IMG/VR virus record: IMGVR_UViG_3300010352_001565
Span: 1-51,054 of that record
Length of the DNA: 51,054 bases
Direction: 5' to 3' (one strand)
DNA from: a virus
The stretch's first letter is position 1. Each line of letters starts with the position of its first letter. The notes below the pieces were generated by a model. The model searched no databases. It saw only the letters and a program-made list of their open reading frames with translations, and was not told where the DNA came from. This document shows, one piece after another, positions 7,692 to 16,332 of the stretch. The translations under genes were made by a program, and so were the position numbers.

Positions 7692-9200
7692 ATGTCGAAA
7701 ATGCTGCTTGAGGATAATTTCGGTACGTTCGTTCCAGATCGTTCAAAGATGGTAACAGAAAGTACCCCCTCGGGTAAGCAGCTTACCAGAATTCCGGGTC
7801 TTTTCTCACTGTGCGATACGCTGAACGGAAACAATCGCCGATATTCGCGCAAAGTGTGGGAAAAGAATCTCGCCACTGGATCCACGCTTCAGTCCGCCAT
7901 CTCTGCTAATGCCGCTTTCGGTTTGCTTGAACACCCGAAAGACGGACACGTCGACCTTCTCAGCCCCATCGCTATCTCCACCACGCAGGTTTCACTGAAT
8001 GAAAAAGGTGAAGTTGTCGGTGAGATTACAGTGCTCGGTACCCCTGAGGGACAACGCCTTATTGCTCTGATCGAGGGTGGATGGAATCCGACGGTGTCAA
8101 GCCGCGGGTTTGGATCCTTGGTTCGCGGGACTGACGGCGTCGACGAGGTTCAAGAAGATTATGTCTGCGAAGGATGGGACGTCGTGCTGAAACCGAGCTT
8201 TGTGAAGGCCATCTTCAATGCTCACTCGAAACCTACCTCTGAATCCACGGCTCCCGTGGCTCCTCCTGCAGCACCAAGTTTGAGGGAGTCGAAGCCCTCT
8301 TCTAGCCCATCGGCTAGCCAAAACACCCAAGTAAATCAGACCAAAAAAGTCATGAGTGAGTCAATAAAGCAGCGCTTAGCGGCGCTCCGAGCAGTCGATT
8401 GCTCGAAGATGGATCCCGCCCGTTTCGCTGGTGGGCTGGCCGAAATGAACTCGCTTCACCAGGAGGTAGCCAACTATCTTTCTGAAGATGCGAAGAGGTC
8501 GTGGGAAGCTCAGCAGCTCCACACCGATATTTCTGCCTTGGAACAGACTTGGACGCAGGCGGCGAAAGCTCCCTCTGTTCAAGCCACGAAGCTCTCTGAA
8601 GACCGGAGCAAACTCCTTCAGGTTACCTCTGCAGTTGTTGCAGCGGCTGATAAGTTCCGCACCCGTCTCGGTGAAGCTATTAACACGATCGCCGGTCAAA
8701 AGCAGCTGGTCTCAGCTGCTGTTACCCGCGGTAAATTCTGGCGCAACAAATGCGAGCAGCTTGAGTCCAGGCTGGCCGTCCTTGAACAGCGCTACGATGT
8801 GGCAACTATCGCCTTGGACAAGCTGACTGAGCGCTATCACACCGATACCGTTCCCCTTGCTCGGCGCGTTATTCAGCTCGAATTCGCTGAACAGGCCAAA
8901 ACCCCTGAGATTAAGAAAGCCCTCTCTGAAGCGACCCGCCTCAAGCACATCGTCGCCATCCGTGAGAGCATTTCGAAGCCCGCTGCTCCTGCAGCTGCGG
9001 CTACTCCGGCTGCTGCGCCTGCTCCCGCTCCTGCTACACCGGCCGCTACCCCAGCTCCTGCAGCTCCCGCTCCCGCGGCGCCTGCTCCTGCTGCTCCTGC
9101 GGCGAACGAGAACATCAACACGCAACCTTTCGCAGGTGCGCGATCCATTTCTGAGTCAGTCGCTGTTGCTCAGCGCCTGTCACGGACAACCGCCCAATAA
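7692..9200 (+). CDS. Prohead core protease (T4 gp21-like) fused to a C-terminal coiled-coil scaffold-like domain
   Basis: RRYSRKVWEK..LLEHPKDGH..SSRGFGS..DYVCEGWDVVLKPSF matches T4 gp21 RRTYPKEIWEA..GELDHPADR..SSRGTGS..DFDFTGFDLVATPS. The C-terminal 300 aa are helical, ending in an (AAPAP)n tail. The gene lies immediately upstream of the MCP gene. Confidence 0.75.
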   Translation: MSKMLLEDNFGTFVPDRSKMVTESTPSGKQLTRIPGLFSLCDTLNGNNRRYSRKVWEKNLATGSTLQSAISANAAFGLLEHPKDGHVDLLSPIAISTTQVSLNEKGEVVGEITVLGTPEGQRLIALIEGGWNPTVSSRGFGSLVRGTDGVDEVQEDYVCEGWDVVLKPSFVKAIFNAHSKPTSESTAPVAPPAAPSLRESKPSSSPSASQNTQVNQTKKVMSESIKQRLAALRAVDCSKMDPARFAGGLAEMNSLHQEVANYLSEDAKRSWEAQQLHTDISALEQTWTQAAKAPSVQATKLSEDRSKLLQVTSAVVAAADKFRTRLGEAINTIAGQKQLVSAAVTRGKFWRNKCEQLESRLAVLEQRYDVATIALDKLTERYHTDTVPLARRVIQLEFAEQAKTPEIKKALSEATRLKHIVAIRESISKPAAPAAAATPAAAPAPAPATPAATPAPAAPAPAAPAPAAPAANENINTQPFAGARSISESVAVAQRLSRTTAQ

Positions 9201-9238
9201 GGCGTCAACATAAACAACACACACTGAGAAAATAGTAT

Positions 9239-10714
9239 ATGGTAATACTTGATTCTGTTGGGAGGCCTACTTTAGCCACGCCAGGCGGTAGCATCTCCCG
9301 TTTCACCGAAGTGCTCGAACTCGGCTGGCGCCTTGCGGAAACTCCCGTCGGAGTTCCTGAGGGCAGCTCCAGCAAAGGTCTCTGGGAATCCCGAGGCTGG
9401 AAAGAGTTCGTGCAGCACATGCCCGAATACAAGAGACCCCTTGCCGCGATCATGCTGGAAAACTGCCGCGCGCGCTTCGGCCGTATGGACGAAGTCACCC
9501 GCACGCAGAACCTCGGCACGTTCGACAAGTGGATCTTCCCGGTCATCGCAAACATGTCCGAAAACGACGTGATCGACCAGTTGGTTGCCCTGCAGCCCAT
9601 GGCTGGCCCCGTTTCGCAGATCGTGTTCATGGACATCGTGACTGGTCAGCGCAAAGGCCGCATTCCTGCTGGCGCTCCCATGTGGCGCGCTCTGCAAGGT
9701 GCTGTTGACCGCTACGACGACGCCGATGAGCTGATCACCGGTGAGGTCATGTCCAACACCATCCAGACCAACACGGCTACCAACAACCTCGAGTGGTTCC
9801 CCATTCGCCCTGGCACTGTCCAGGTGACTGTCGGTAACGATGTGGCGGTTGACGATGGCAACGGCGGCTTCCAAGCCAGTGGCAAGATCCTCGCGACTTC
9901 GACCATCAACTACGTCACCGGCGAACTCGTCGTGAGGACGTCTGCTGTGGCCGATGGAACTGAAGTTGACGTGACCTACGCGTACAACTCTGAAGGCAAC
10001 CAGAAGATCCAGAACTATGACATCAAGCTGTCCAGCACCCCGGTGACTGCGAAGGTCTTGAAGCTCAAAGCCACCTGGACCGAGGAAGCCGATCAGAACC
10101 TTCAGGCGATGTACAACATCAAGGCCGAACCGGTCTTGCTGAACGCCCTGACCAACGCGCTGCAATACCAGAAGCATCGCCAGGTCATCGCTGACATCCG
10201 CGCCCGCGCTGATGCCGGTTTCGTTGTCTGGGACGCCACGCCTCCGGCTAACGTCAACTACCAGACCCACAAGTTCAGCATCATCGACGCCTTCGAGACT
10301 GCCTCGAACTTCATCTACAGCTCGACCAACATGGTCGCTGGTAACTGGATCATCTGCGGTTTGCAAGCTGCGACCGTGGTTGTGACACTTCCTCAGTTCG
10401 TGCCCAAGAACAATCGCACGAACATGCAGGGCATCACCTACCTGGGTGACCTCGGCAACAAGAAAGTGTTCGCTGACCCGCACTTCCCGAACAACGAATT
10501 CCTCGTTGGTCACAAGGGCGATCAGTTCCTGACCACCGGCTACGTTCTGGCTGAATACCAGAAGCTGTACACCACGCCCGACATCCAGTTGCCCGACTTC
10601 ATCCACCAACGTGGCTTTGCGACCTCGTTCGCGAAGAAAGTCGTGAATTCGAAGATGTACTGCCGCGGTATCATCCGCAACAGTCCCTCGAGCTTCGGCA
10701 CCGTGATCGGTTAA
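9239..10714 (+). CDS. Major capsid protein, T4 gp23-like
   Basis: QLVALQPMAGPVSQIVFMDIVTGQRKG matches T4 gp23 LIAFDICGVQPMNSPTGQVFALRAVYGKD. The gene is followed by a strong terminator and sits downstream of the protease/scaffold gene. Confidence 0.8.
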   Translation: MVILDSVGRPTLATPGGSISRFTEVLELGWRLAETPVGVPEGSSSKGLWESRGWKEFVQHMPEYKRPLAAIMLENCRARFGRMDEVTRTQNLGTFDKWIFPVIANMSENDVIDQLVALQPMAGPVSQIVFMDIVTGQRKGRIPAGAPMWRALQGAVDRYDDADELITGEVMSNTIQTNTATNNLEWFPIRPGTVQVTVGNDVAVDDGNGGFQASGKILATSTINYVTGELVVRTSAVADGTEVDVTYAYNSEGNQKIQNYDIKLSSTPVTAKVLKLKATWTEEADQNLQAMYNIKAEPVLLNALTNALQYQKHRQVIADIRARADAGFVVWDATPPANVNYQTHKFSIIDAFETASNFIYSSTNMVAGNWIICGLQAATVVVTLPQFVPKNNRTNMQGITYLGDLGNKKVFADPHFPNNEFLVGHKGDQFLTTGYVLAEYQKLYTTPDIQLPDFIHQRGFATSFAKKVVNSKMYCRGIIRNSPSSFGTVIG

Positions 10715-10754
10715 GCGCCGCAGAATAGCCGATAACAATTCACAGGCCCTCGGA

Positions 10755-10782
10755 AACGAGGGCCTTTTTTGTTATCATTTTC
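10755..10782 (+). terminator. Rho-independent terminator after the MCP gene
   Basis: GGCCCTCG-gaaa-CGAGGGCC followed by TTTTTTG. Confidence 0.85.
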
Positions 10783-10796
10783 GTGTTCTATCCCGT

Positions 10797-11198
10797 ATGA
10801 ATATCTCTCGACGCGAAGCTATTTCATCTCTGGCTGCGGTTGGAGGCGCTCTGATTGCCTTCCCCGCTACGCTCGCTTGCAAGCTTAAGGCCGCTCCAAA
10901 GCCTGAGGAGCAAAAGCGGAGGGTGGACATCTACCGCCTCAAGCACATCATCCATGACTCAGTCACCATCGAGACCCACTTAGACAAGCCATTCGCAGAT
11001 ATTCAGAAGGGCGACGTTATTGTTGTCAGATCTGATGACGCGTGCAACGGCGCTTACTGGTACGCCAATTCCACCTTCAACGAAAAAGGAGTGCGCGGAA
11101 TAGAAGGGTTTCAGATCGACGTTCCGAATGTTCCGTGCTGGGCCGCGCACATCCAGTGGCACCGCTTGGAGAGATGGGCCGAAGAGCACGCGGTGTAA
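10797..11198 (+). CDS. Putative Tat-exported lipoprotein
   Basis: N-terminus MNISRREAISSLAAVGGALIAFPATLAC has a twin-arginine motif, an h-region and an L-A-C lipobox-like cysteine. Confidence 0.45.
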   Translation: MNISRREAISSLAAVGGALIAFPATLACKLKAAPKPEEQKRRVDIYRLKHIIHDSVTIETHLDKPFADIQKGDVIVVRSDDACNGAYWYANSTFNEKGVRGIEGFQIDVPNVPCWAAHIQWHRLERWAEEHAV

Positions 11199-11297
11199 TT
11201 AGAGCGTGAAACGGCATCCATTAGCAGACTTCTTGGACGGAGATCCATTCAGGCGGCAATGGACAAGAAAATGGCTGAGTACGCGGGTTCGCAATAG

Positions 11298-11744
11298 ATG
11301 ACAGCTAGCGCAATAATCGAAGCTCTCGTTCCTGACAAAGGAAGCGTCCTTAAGATGAACGACGATGGCTTGTTCGAGCCATGCGCAGTCCAGGTATCTC
11401 AAGGTCCTGAGCGCGTTATCGCCGTAGCGACCCAGATGGCCGGAGTTACCCTGCTTGGAAGGCCGTCTGACATCCACGCAACCCTTTCTGAAGGATACTG
11501 GGACTTTCTTGAGCAGACAGACCCAGAAGGTTTTGCCAAACTCCAGGTCAACTTTGAGTGGGCGCACCACGGCTGGTTCACCAACAAAGGTCGTTTTGTC
11601 GACAACGAAGAAGCTGCAAAGCTGCACAACACAGACGTCGATGCCTTCGCAGAAGAAAATCGCGAAAATACCATCCTTCACCCAGAACACTCTGACTACC
11701 GCTTCGAGTACGGACCCGGAGGCAAGCTTCGTCGGAAGCGCTAG
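11298..11744 (+). CDS. Hypothetical acidic protein
   Basis: 148-aa ORF. It was chosen over the overlapping antisense ORF 11199..11690 because its composition is more protein-like. Confidence 0.35.
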   Translation: MTASAIIEALVPDKGSVLKMNDDGLFEPCAVQVSQGPERVIAVATQMAGVTLLGRPSDIHATLSEGYWDFLEQTDPEGFAKLQVNFEWAHHGWFTNKGRFVDNEEAAKLHNTDVDAFAEENRENTILHPEHSDYRFEYGPGGKLRRKR

Positions 11745-11751
11745 TTAGCAT

Positions 11752-13020
11752 ATGCGCAGCTTGCGTGCCTTAAGGGGACCTCTTATGAAGAGTCCCGCGA
11801 TGATCGACCCTAGCGGAGTCGTGTATTCTGGAGAAGCCGTCTGGGACGCTCTTGACAAGAACCCCGAACTCGCCGCTGAGATTGAGGATGCGGGTCTGTA
11901 CGGAAACTACCACGACGTCTTCGCGGCCGTCACTGGGAGGGACATCGATTCCTATTTGCGAGATGGGTGGATTAGGTGGGCAGTTGGAGATCCGAGCAAA
12001 GACGAGGTATTTGTTCAGAGCTCACAAATCTCGCACCGGCAGCGGGCAGTTCTTGACCAATTCGCAGAAGATAACCCGTCTGTGAAGGTGACTTTCATCG
12101 GCTTGGTTCGAGAAGGGTGCGACGACACTTCAAAGCTTGGACTACCTCCAGAAGCTCGGACCTTCTCTAAGCTCAACTCCAGGAATGGAGGATTGGGTCC
12201 TAGGAAGCCCAAGGCCTACATTGACATGGTTGCAGCCATCACCAATCAAAAGAGCCGTAAGCATGGTTTCTGCAACAAGGATGGTGGCCAGAAGGTTCAG
12301 CATGCAATAAAAGAGTCCTTGGGATACATTGGAATGTTCTCAGGAGGAGGAATGGTCGTTCACGCCATTACAGCGGAGCAGGTTGACGACCATTCGTATG
12401 ACCACAGCGATGTTGGAAAAGCACTTGGAGCTACTGGACGATTCCGCTACAACCCCAACAGACCCGATGTTGTCGTGTGGAGCGACGAGCCGTCTAAGGA
12501 GCAGATGGAGGAAGTTGAAGACTTTCTGGCGCGGCGAGGGTTTAATCCATCAAAGCACAAAGTGTGGGCATGGGCCGACGGTGGACAAACACGGATTATT
12601 TCTAAAGAAGGTTCCCAAGATAGTTATGGCATGAATAATGAGTCTCTCGCAAGCAAACTGGTTGAGGAATTGATTGGAGACGAAAACGGGAAAAGCGGAA
12701 TTGAGATCGACGCCTTTATCCAGGAGCTGAGATCTGGAGGGTACGACCCTGAGCACGTTCGCGAGATGATCTCCGCGGCAACCAGCGCAAAGCGCTTGCT
12801 TGGCGGAGGCATTCAAGTCGTCACCAGCAACGAGCTTCAGGGAGCGGACATGATGGAGATGCTTGACCAGCTCGAAGCCCGCAGCGATCGCGCTGAAGCC
12901 GGCCAAGGTTTCGAGCGCGTCTTCCAATCTGGAGGAGCCCCATTCGCGCTTGAGTACATCACTCAGGGTGAGGACAACTTCACTGTTGTTTTCTTCACGA
13001 CCGCAGATCACCAGAAGTAA
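11752..13020 (+). CDS. Hypothetical protein (422 aa)
   Basis: Long ORF with balanced composition and no recognised motif. Confidence 0.45.
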   Translation: MRSLRALRGPLMKSPAMIDPSGVVYSGEAVWDALDKNPELAAEIEDAGLYGNYHDVFAAVTGRDIDSYLRDGWIRWAVGDPSKDEVFVQSSQISHRQRAVLDQFAEDNPSVKVTFIGLVREGCDDTSKLGLPPEARTFSKLNSRNGGLGPRKPKAYIDMVAAITNQKSRKHGFCNKDGGQKVQHAIKESLGYIGMFSGGGMVVHAITAEQVDDHSYDHSDVGKALGATGRFRYNPNRPDVVVWSDEPSKEQMEEVEDFLARRGFNPSKHKVWAWADGGQTRIISKEGSQDSYGMNNESLASKLVEELIGDENGKSGIEIDAFIQELRSGGYDPEHVREMISAATSAKRLLGGGIQVVTSNELQGADMMEMLDQLEARSDRAEAGQGFERVFQSGGAPFALEYITQGEDNFTVVFFTTADHQK

Positions 13021-13748
13021 ACCGGGGTGTCGTCAGCCTGGAACTTATTGCCGACGAACCACCCCCGTTCTGGATCAGGCCCTGGTATGGGTTTCCCGTT
13101 GGCACGGTTGAATGTGTCGTGGGCAAAGTGGTCATTTTTGAAGTGGCTTTCCCAGAAGGTGTCAAGGAAGTTGAAGTCTCCCCAAAATGCGTCTTGCTTC
13201 CAATCTTTAAGCCTCTGCTCAAACTCTGGAATGCGGTTGCACAAAGCACCCCACATCCCAGCCATGATGTGCTGAACGTGGTTTGGGTGGTCTCGCATGA
13301 CGTGGTAAGTCTTTCCAGACGCCAGCCACTCGCGCACAGCTTCAGCCTCTCTTTTTGTCAAGCGAGCGTCAGCGTCGCGTACTATCGCCACGCTGACTGA
13401 CGGATCAAACAAAGGCTCGAAGCGCCAGCGCATCCCTGAGCAGTCCACGTTGTCTGGCTTAATGATGATCTCTGCTCCAGAGTCGGAGAGTGCCTTCACA
13501 ACGCACTCAGGCACAGTTGAATCGACGTAAAACCGGCAGACAAAATTTGGATAGACGCTCTTTGCCAGCTCTGCGTTTTTAAGCGCGCCAACGGTGTACA
13601 TTGGCGCGCTTCCCCACAGGCTGTATGAAATGACCGACTTCACAGGGTTGAAAACGGGATTGCGTGGCCGGTGTACCCAGGCGCACTCCAGTAGCACGAT
13701 CCATTTAGCCTTGCGCGGCGTCCTCCGCTGCGATGGTAGTGATGACAC
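13008..13748 (-). CDS. Putative nucleotide-sugar transferase-like protein. The GTG start sits directly after an in-frame TAG.
   Basis: ISYSLWGSAPMY..CRFYVDSTVPECV..DADAR segments resemble GT-A type transferases. It overlaps the upstream ORF by 109 nt in the -1 frame. Confidence 0.35.
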   Translation of the reverse strand: MSSLPSQRRTPRKAKWIVLLECAWVHRPRNPVFNPVKSVISYSLWGSAPMYTVGALKNAELAKSVYPNFVCRFYVDSTVPECVVKALSDSGAEIIIKPDNVDCSGMRWRFEPLFDPSVSVAIVRDADARLTKREAEAVREWLASGKTYHVMRDHPNHVQHIMAGMWGALCNRIPEFEQRLKDWKQDAFWGDFNFLDTFWESHFKNDHFAHDTFNRANGKPIPGPDPERGWFVGNKFQADDTPVYFW

Positions 13749-14269
13749 CTAACAGAGTGGCAAGGGTTGCTCACGGTTAAACCTGCTTCTACGGCTTTTT
13801 GCGCCAGATAGGTGTCGCATCCGTCAATTCCAAGTATGATGTCATCTTGCATTTTGCAGATGGGAGCTTTGAACACCCACGTGTCTTGCGACCACTGATT
13901 TTGAAGCTGGCCATCTTCATTTACACGAGTGATGCAAAACAGATGGTTGTCCCAGCGGCTCGGAGGAAGCGACGCTAGCAGCTCCATTGTGCTGTCGTAC
14001 TTGATGTCTGTATTTGAAACCACGACGAACTCTCCGAGCAATGACTTATTGGCGAATTCGAAGTAGGCTCCGTATGTGGGACGGTCACTGACGCTAACAA
14101 ACTCCAGCTTCGGGTGCTCAATAGGTGGGAGGTACCCCCTCTCGCAGAAAATAAAGACGCGGCTGAAAAATGGCTGGTCAAGATTGTGCTTGATGCAGTG
14201 CACCAGCTCTTCTTCGCGCGGTTCATTCTTGAAAAACGTGGTCAGCAAGATCATGAGTTGGTAGAACAA
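13640..14269 (-). CDS. Hypothetical protein, possible glycosyltransferase N-terminal module
   Basis: FFKNEPREEELVHCIKHNL...VSNTDIKY...GIDGCDTY. The last ~36 residues look like out-of-frame readthrough. Confidence 0.35.
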   Translation of the reverse strand: MFYQLMILLTTFFKNEPREEELVHCIKHNLDQPFFSRVFIFCERGYLPPIEHPKLEFVSVSDRPTYGAYFEFANKSLLGEFVVVSNTDIKYDSTMELLASLPPSRWDNHLFCITRVNEDGQLQNQWSQDTWVFKAPICKMQDDIILGIDGCDTYLAQKAVEAGLTVSNPCHSVRCHHYHRSGGRRARLNGSCYWSAPGYTGHAIPFSTL

Positions 14270-14280
14270 AAAATAGTTGC

Positions 14281-14317
14281 AAATAAATGTTTACAAATTT
14301 CCGTTTCGTGATATAGT
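14281..14317 (+). promoter_or_regulatory. T4-early-type promoter: AAATAAAT upstream element, GTTTACA -35 (14289-14295), 16-nt spacer, TATAGT -10 (14312-14317), ATG 6 nt downstream
   Basis: Read directly. It is near-identical to the module at 28455-28492 (minus strand). A 7-bp inverted repeat GTAGAAC/GTTCTAC flanks it. Confidence 0.55.
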
Positions 14318-14323
14318 TCTACC

Positions 14324-14698
14324 ATGATTACGAACGAAACAGTTACCAGAGACAACATCGATAACGAAAGCTTCTACAACGTGGTTCAGCTTTGCAATAT
14401 CACTGGTTATGCTGATCCTGTGGCTGCTCTCAAATCCACTGGTGAGACTGTTCGCGTAACGCGAGACAACGGAGGAAACATTACTGGCGGCGAGCTGATC
14501 AGAAAGAGCGGCAACGAAAGCGCGAGAAACCTGTTCCGCTACATTCCTTCTCACAACGAATACTCCACGGTTGACGAAGCTGCCGCTGGAATGGAGAAAA
14601 CAGATACTGCTGTTGAGCAGCTTGTCAATGGAAAGTGGGTTCATTTTCGCACTCTTACCGCCCAGGACCACGCCGACGCCGCTTGGATGCAGGAATAA
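14324..14698 (+). CDS. Hypothetical early protein
   Basis: ORF starting 6 nt after the promoter -10. Confidence 0.45.
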   Translation: MITNETVTRDNIDNESFYNVVQLCNITGYADPVAALKSTGETVRVTRDNGGNITGGELIRKSGNESARNLFRYIPSHNEYSTVDEAAAGMEKTDTAVEQLVNGKWVHFRTLTAQDHADAAWMQE

Positions 14699-14704
14699 TC
14701 GCAT

Positions 14705-14983
14705 ATGGTTAACAAAAAGCGTTTACACTCTGCGCGTTCGCGCTATATTAGCGGTATGAATACTGTTCCTAAAATTGACTTATCCGAGCTTGAGGCTGCG
14801 GTAAGCGTCATGCAGGAAGGGACTTCAATCGAAGAGCCGATGACGAATTTCAGCCTCGAGGTGATCCACGAAGGTTTACTTCGCTTGACATCAAACGTCA
14901 CCAAGAGAGTGATTAACCTCCCGCTGACGGGGCGCTGCCCAATGTCAGTGATGGCGGGATTCGCAAAACGCCAAATGGCATAG
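14705..14983 (+). CDS. Hypothetical protein
   Basis: 92-aa ORF in an operon-like array. Confidence 0.4.
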   Translation: MVNKKRLHSARSRYISGMNTVPKIDLSELEAAVSVMQEGTSIEEPMTNFSLEVIHEGLLRLTSNVTKRVINLPLTGRCPMSVMAGFAKRQMA

Positions 14984-14990
14984 TTAAATC

Positions 14991-15488
14991 ATGAATATTG
15001 GAGATCGAATAGAGTTTAACGGGCGCGGTGAGACGATCCGTGGCACTGTCACCGATACTAAGCTCAGGCGCACCGGGTCGAGAAACCCGCTGGTTAAAGC
15101 TTACGGTCTCCAAGTTCCAGGCCAACGCGTGCTGATCATCATGTCAGACGACGGAAAGGTCTGGAACGTTCCTGAACGCATGGCCAAAAAGATCGGAACA
15201 GCAAGCGCTGCCGATCAGCAGACTGCGCGGTCTGGCGCTGCAGATCTCATAAGCAAGTACGTCAGAGCGAAAAATGATCGCAACAACGTGCGCAAAGATT
15301 CTGCGTACAATTCTGGTTTTTACAGCATGAACAAAGGCGATGACATCGAGATCCAGTTCCGCGGCGGAATGTGGAGACCGATGAAGTTCTCGCACCTAAC
15401 TGGAAGCGGCCAGGTCGGATTCTACGATCCCACTTTCCCGTCGCGTGTGCGATTCACGCCAGCTCAGTTTGCCAGAAAGCCGCAGTAA
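14991..15488 (+). CDS. Hypothetical protein
   Basis: 165-aa ORF with no recognised motif. Confidence 0.4.
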   Translation: MNIGDRIEFNGRGETIRGTVTDTKLRRTGSRNPLVKAYGLQVPGQRVLIIMSDDGKVWNVPERMAKKIGTASAADQQTARSGAADLISKYVRAKNDRNNVRKDSAYNSGFYSMNKGDDIEIQFRGGMWRPMKFSHLTGSGQVGFYDPTFPSRVRFTPAQFARKPQ

Positions 15489-15749
15489 AATGGTGTTCTT
15501 ATTGTCGTCAGCGGCGGTCAACAAAACCTGTGGCGACAATTCAACATCTTTTGAATTTTAAGCTGGTAATCACGCCAGCGGGTGACCATATACTGGGCGC
15601 AGCCCGCCCGTTTAAGTGGGACTACGGTTAGCTGTGGTAGGGCTTCGCCCGAAACGATAACATTTATCGCTGAAGGCGCGGTGAGTCATCCCATCGCGCC
15701 TTTTAATTTTGCCGAGCAGCATAATCCACTGCTTGTTTCAAAAAGAGAA
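15489..15749 (+). ncRNA. Candidate structured non-coding RNA or leader. It has several GC-rich hairpins and ends at a terminator.
   Basis: Hairpins GCTGG-taatcac-CCAGC, GGGCG-cagc-CCGCCC and GGCGCG-N14-CGCGCC. There is no plausible ORF. The track ORF 15582..16328 runs through the terminator, so its N-terminus is spurious. Confidence 0.25.
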
Positions 15750-15780
15750 AGGCCCGGAGCGAAAGCTCCGGGCCTTTTTG
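15750..15780 (+). terminator. Rho-independent terminator
   Basis: GGCCCGGAGC-gaaa-GCTCCGGGCC followed by TTTTTG. Confidence 0.85.
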
Positions 15781-15791
15781 GTAGTTACGCC

Positions 15792-16328
15792 ATGCAAGCA
15801 GTTATAGGCGGGCACAATTTCGGAGTGAGAGCAGCGATCGTGATGCTGTTCACTACGCCCATTGCGGAACCGGGAAGGCAAACAGCTGGGAATCCTCCGA
15901 GTAACCCGCCTGTCGCCACGGTCTCCAACGTTGGAGATTCACTCAAGTATCTTTTCTCGAGCCCAAACGGGGCATTCACCAGGAACATCTACGTTGACCC
16001 GAGTGGAGAGATTGTTGATGAAGTGGTCGACAACACTGATTTCAGCAGCAAAATCATCCTGGATGACCTGAGGTTGTTTTTCGTATCTCCTAATGGCCTA
16101 TACCTCAGAGTGCTTGGGGTCGCAGACGACGGCACCCCAACTGACTGCGTTATTGATGCTCCTGTCTTGCACGCGACAACCGATGCGCTTAAAATTCAGA
16201 ATTTGATCCGACAGTGCTTCGCCGTTCCAGGTGAAAGCAACTACCTTCACATAGGGGTCGACGACCTAGGAGACCCTTTCAACACCATCGAACCTTTCAG
16301 GGTAGCGCAGCAGCCCGTGTCATCTTAG
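15792..16328 (+). CDS. Hypothetical protein with an N-terminal hydrophobic segment. The start was reassigned to the ATG after the terminator.
   Basis: MQAVIGGHNFGVRAAIVMLFTTPIA. The upstream in-frame region contains the terminator. Confidence 0.45.
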   Translation: MQAVIGGHNFGVRAAIVMLFTTPIAEPGRQTAGNPPSNPPVATVSNVGDSLKYLFSSPNGAFTRNIYVDPSGEIVDEVVDNTDFSSKIILDDLRLFFVSPNGLYLRVLGVADDGTPTDCVIDAPVLHATTDALKIQNLIRQCFAVPGESNYLHIGVDDLGDPFNTIEPFRVAQQPVSS

Positions 16329-16332
16329 TTTT

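Noticed and set aside
8990-9120. Short GC-rich DNA repeats (gctcctgc...) that could be mistaken for a repeat array
   Set aside because: They are in-frame codons for (A/P)n low-complexity protein sequence in the scaffold gene. The similar GE-repeat at 25540-25640 is also coding. There are no spacer-repeat CRISPR structures.
9272-10738. 488-aa ORF antisense to the entire major capsid gene
   Set aside because: The sense frame has the gp23-like motifs, a terminator and scaffold gene context. The antisense product is Arg/Gly/Val/Asp-rich with no motifs. It is best explained by codon-periodicity bias, not a gene.
12329-12634. Numerous 60-180-aa ORFs nested inside or antisense to long genes (for example 12329..12634, 8857..9213, 32324..33184)
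   Set aside because: They lie wholly within stronger motif-bearing genes and have skewed composition. They are treated as frame noise.
15582-15791. N-terminal 70 residues of track ORF 15582..16328
   Set aside because: The reading frame passes through a canonical rho-independent terminator. The gene most likely starts at the ATG at 15792.
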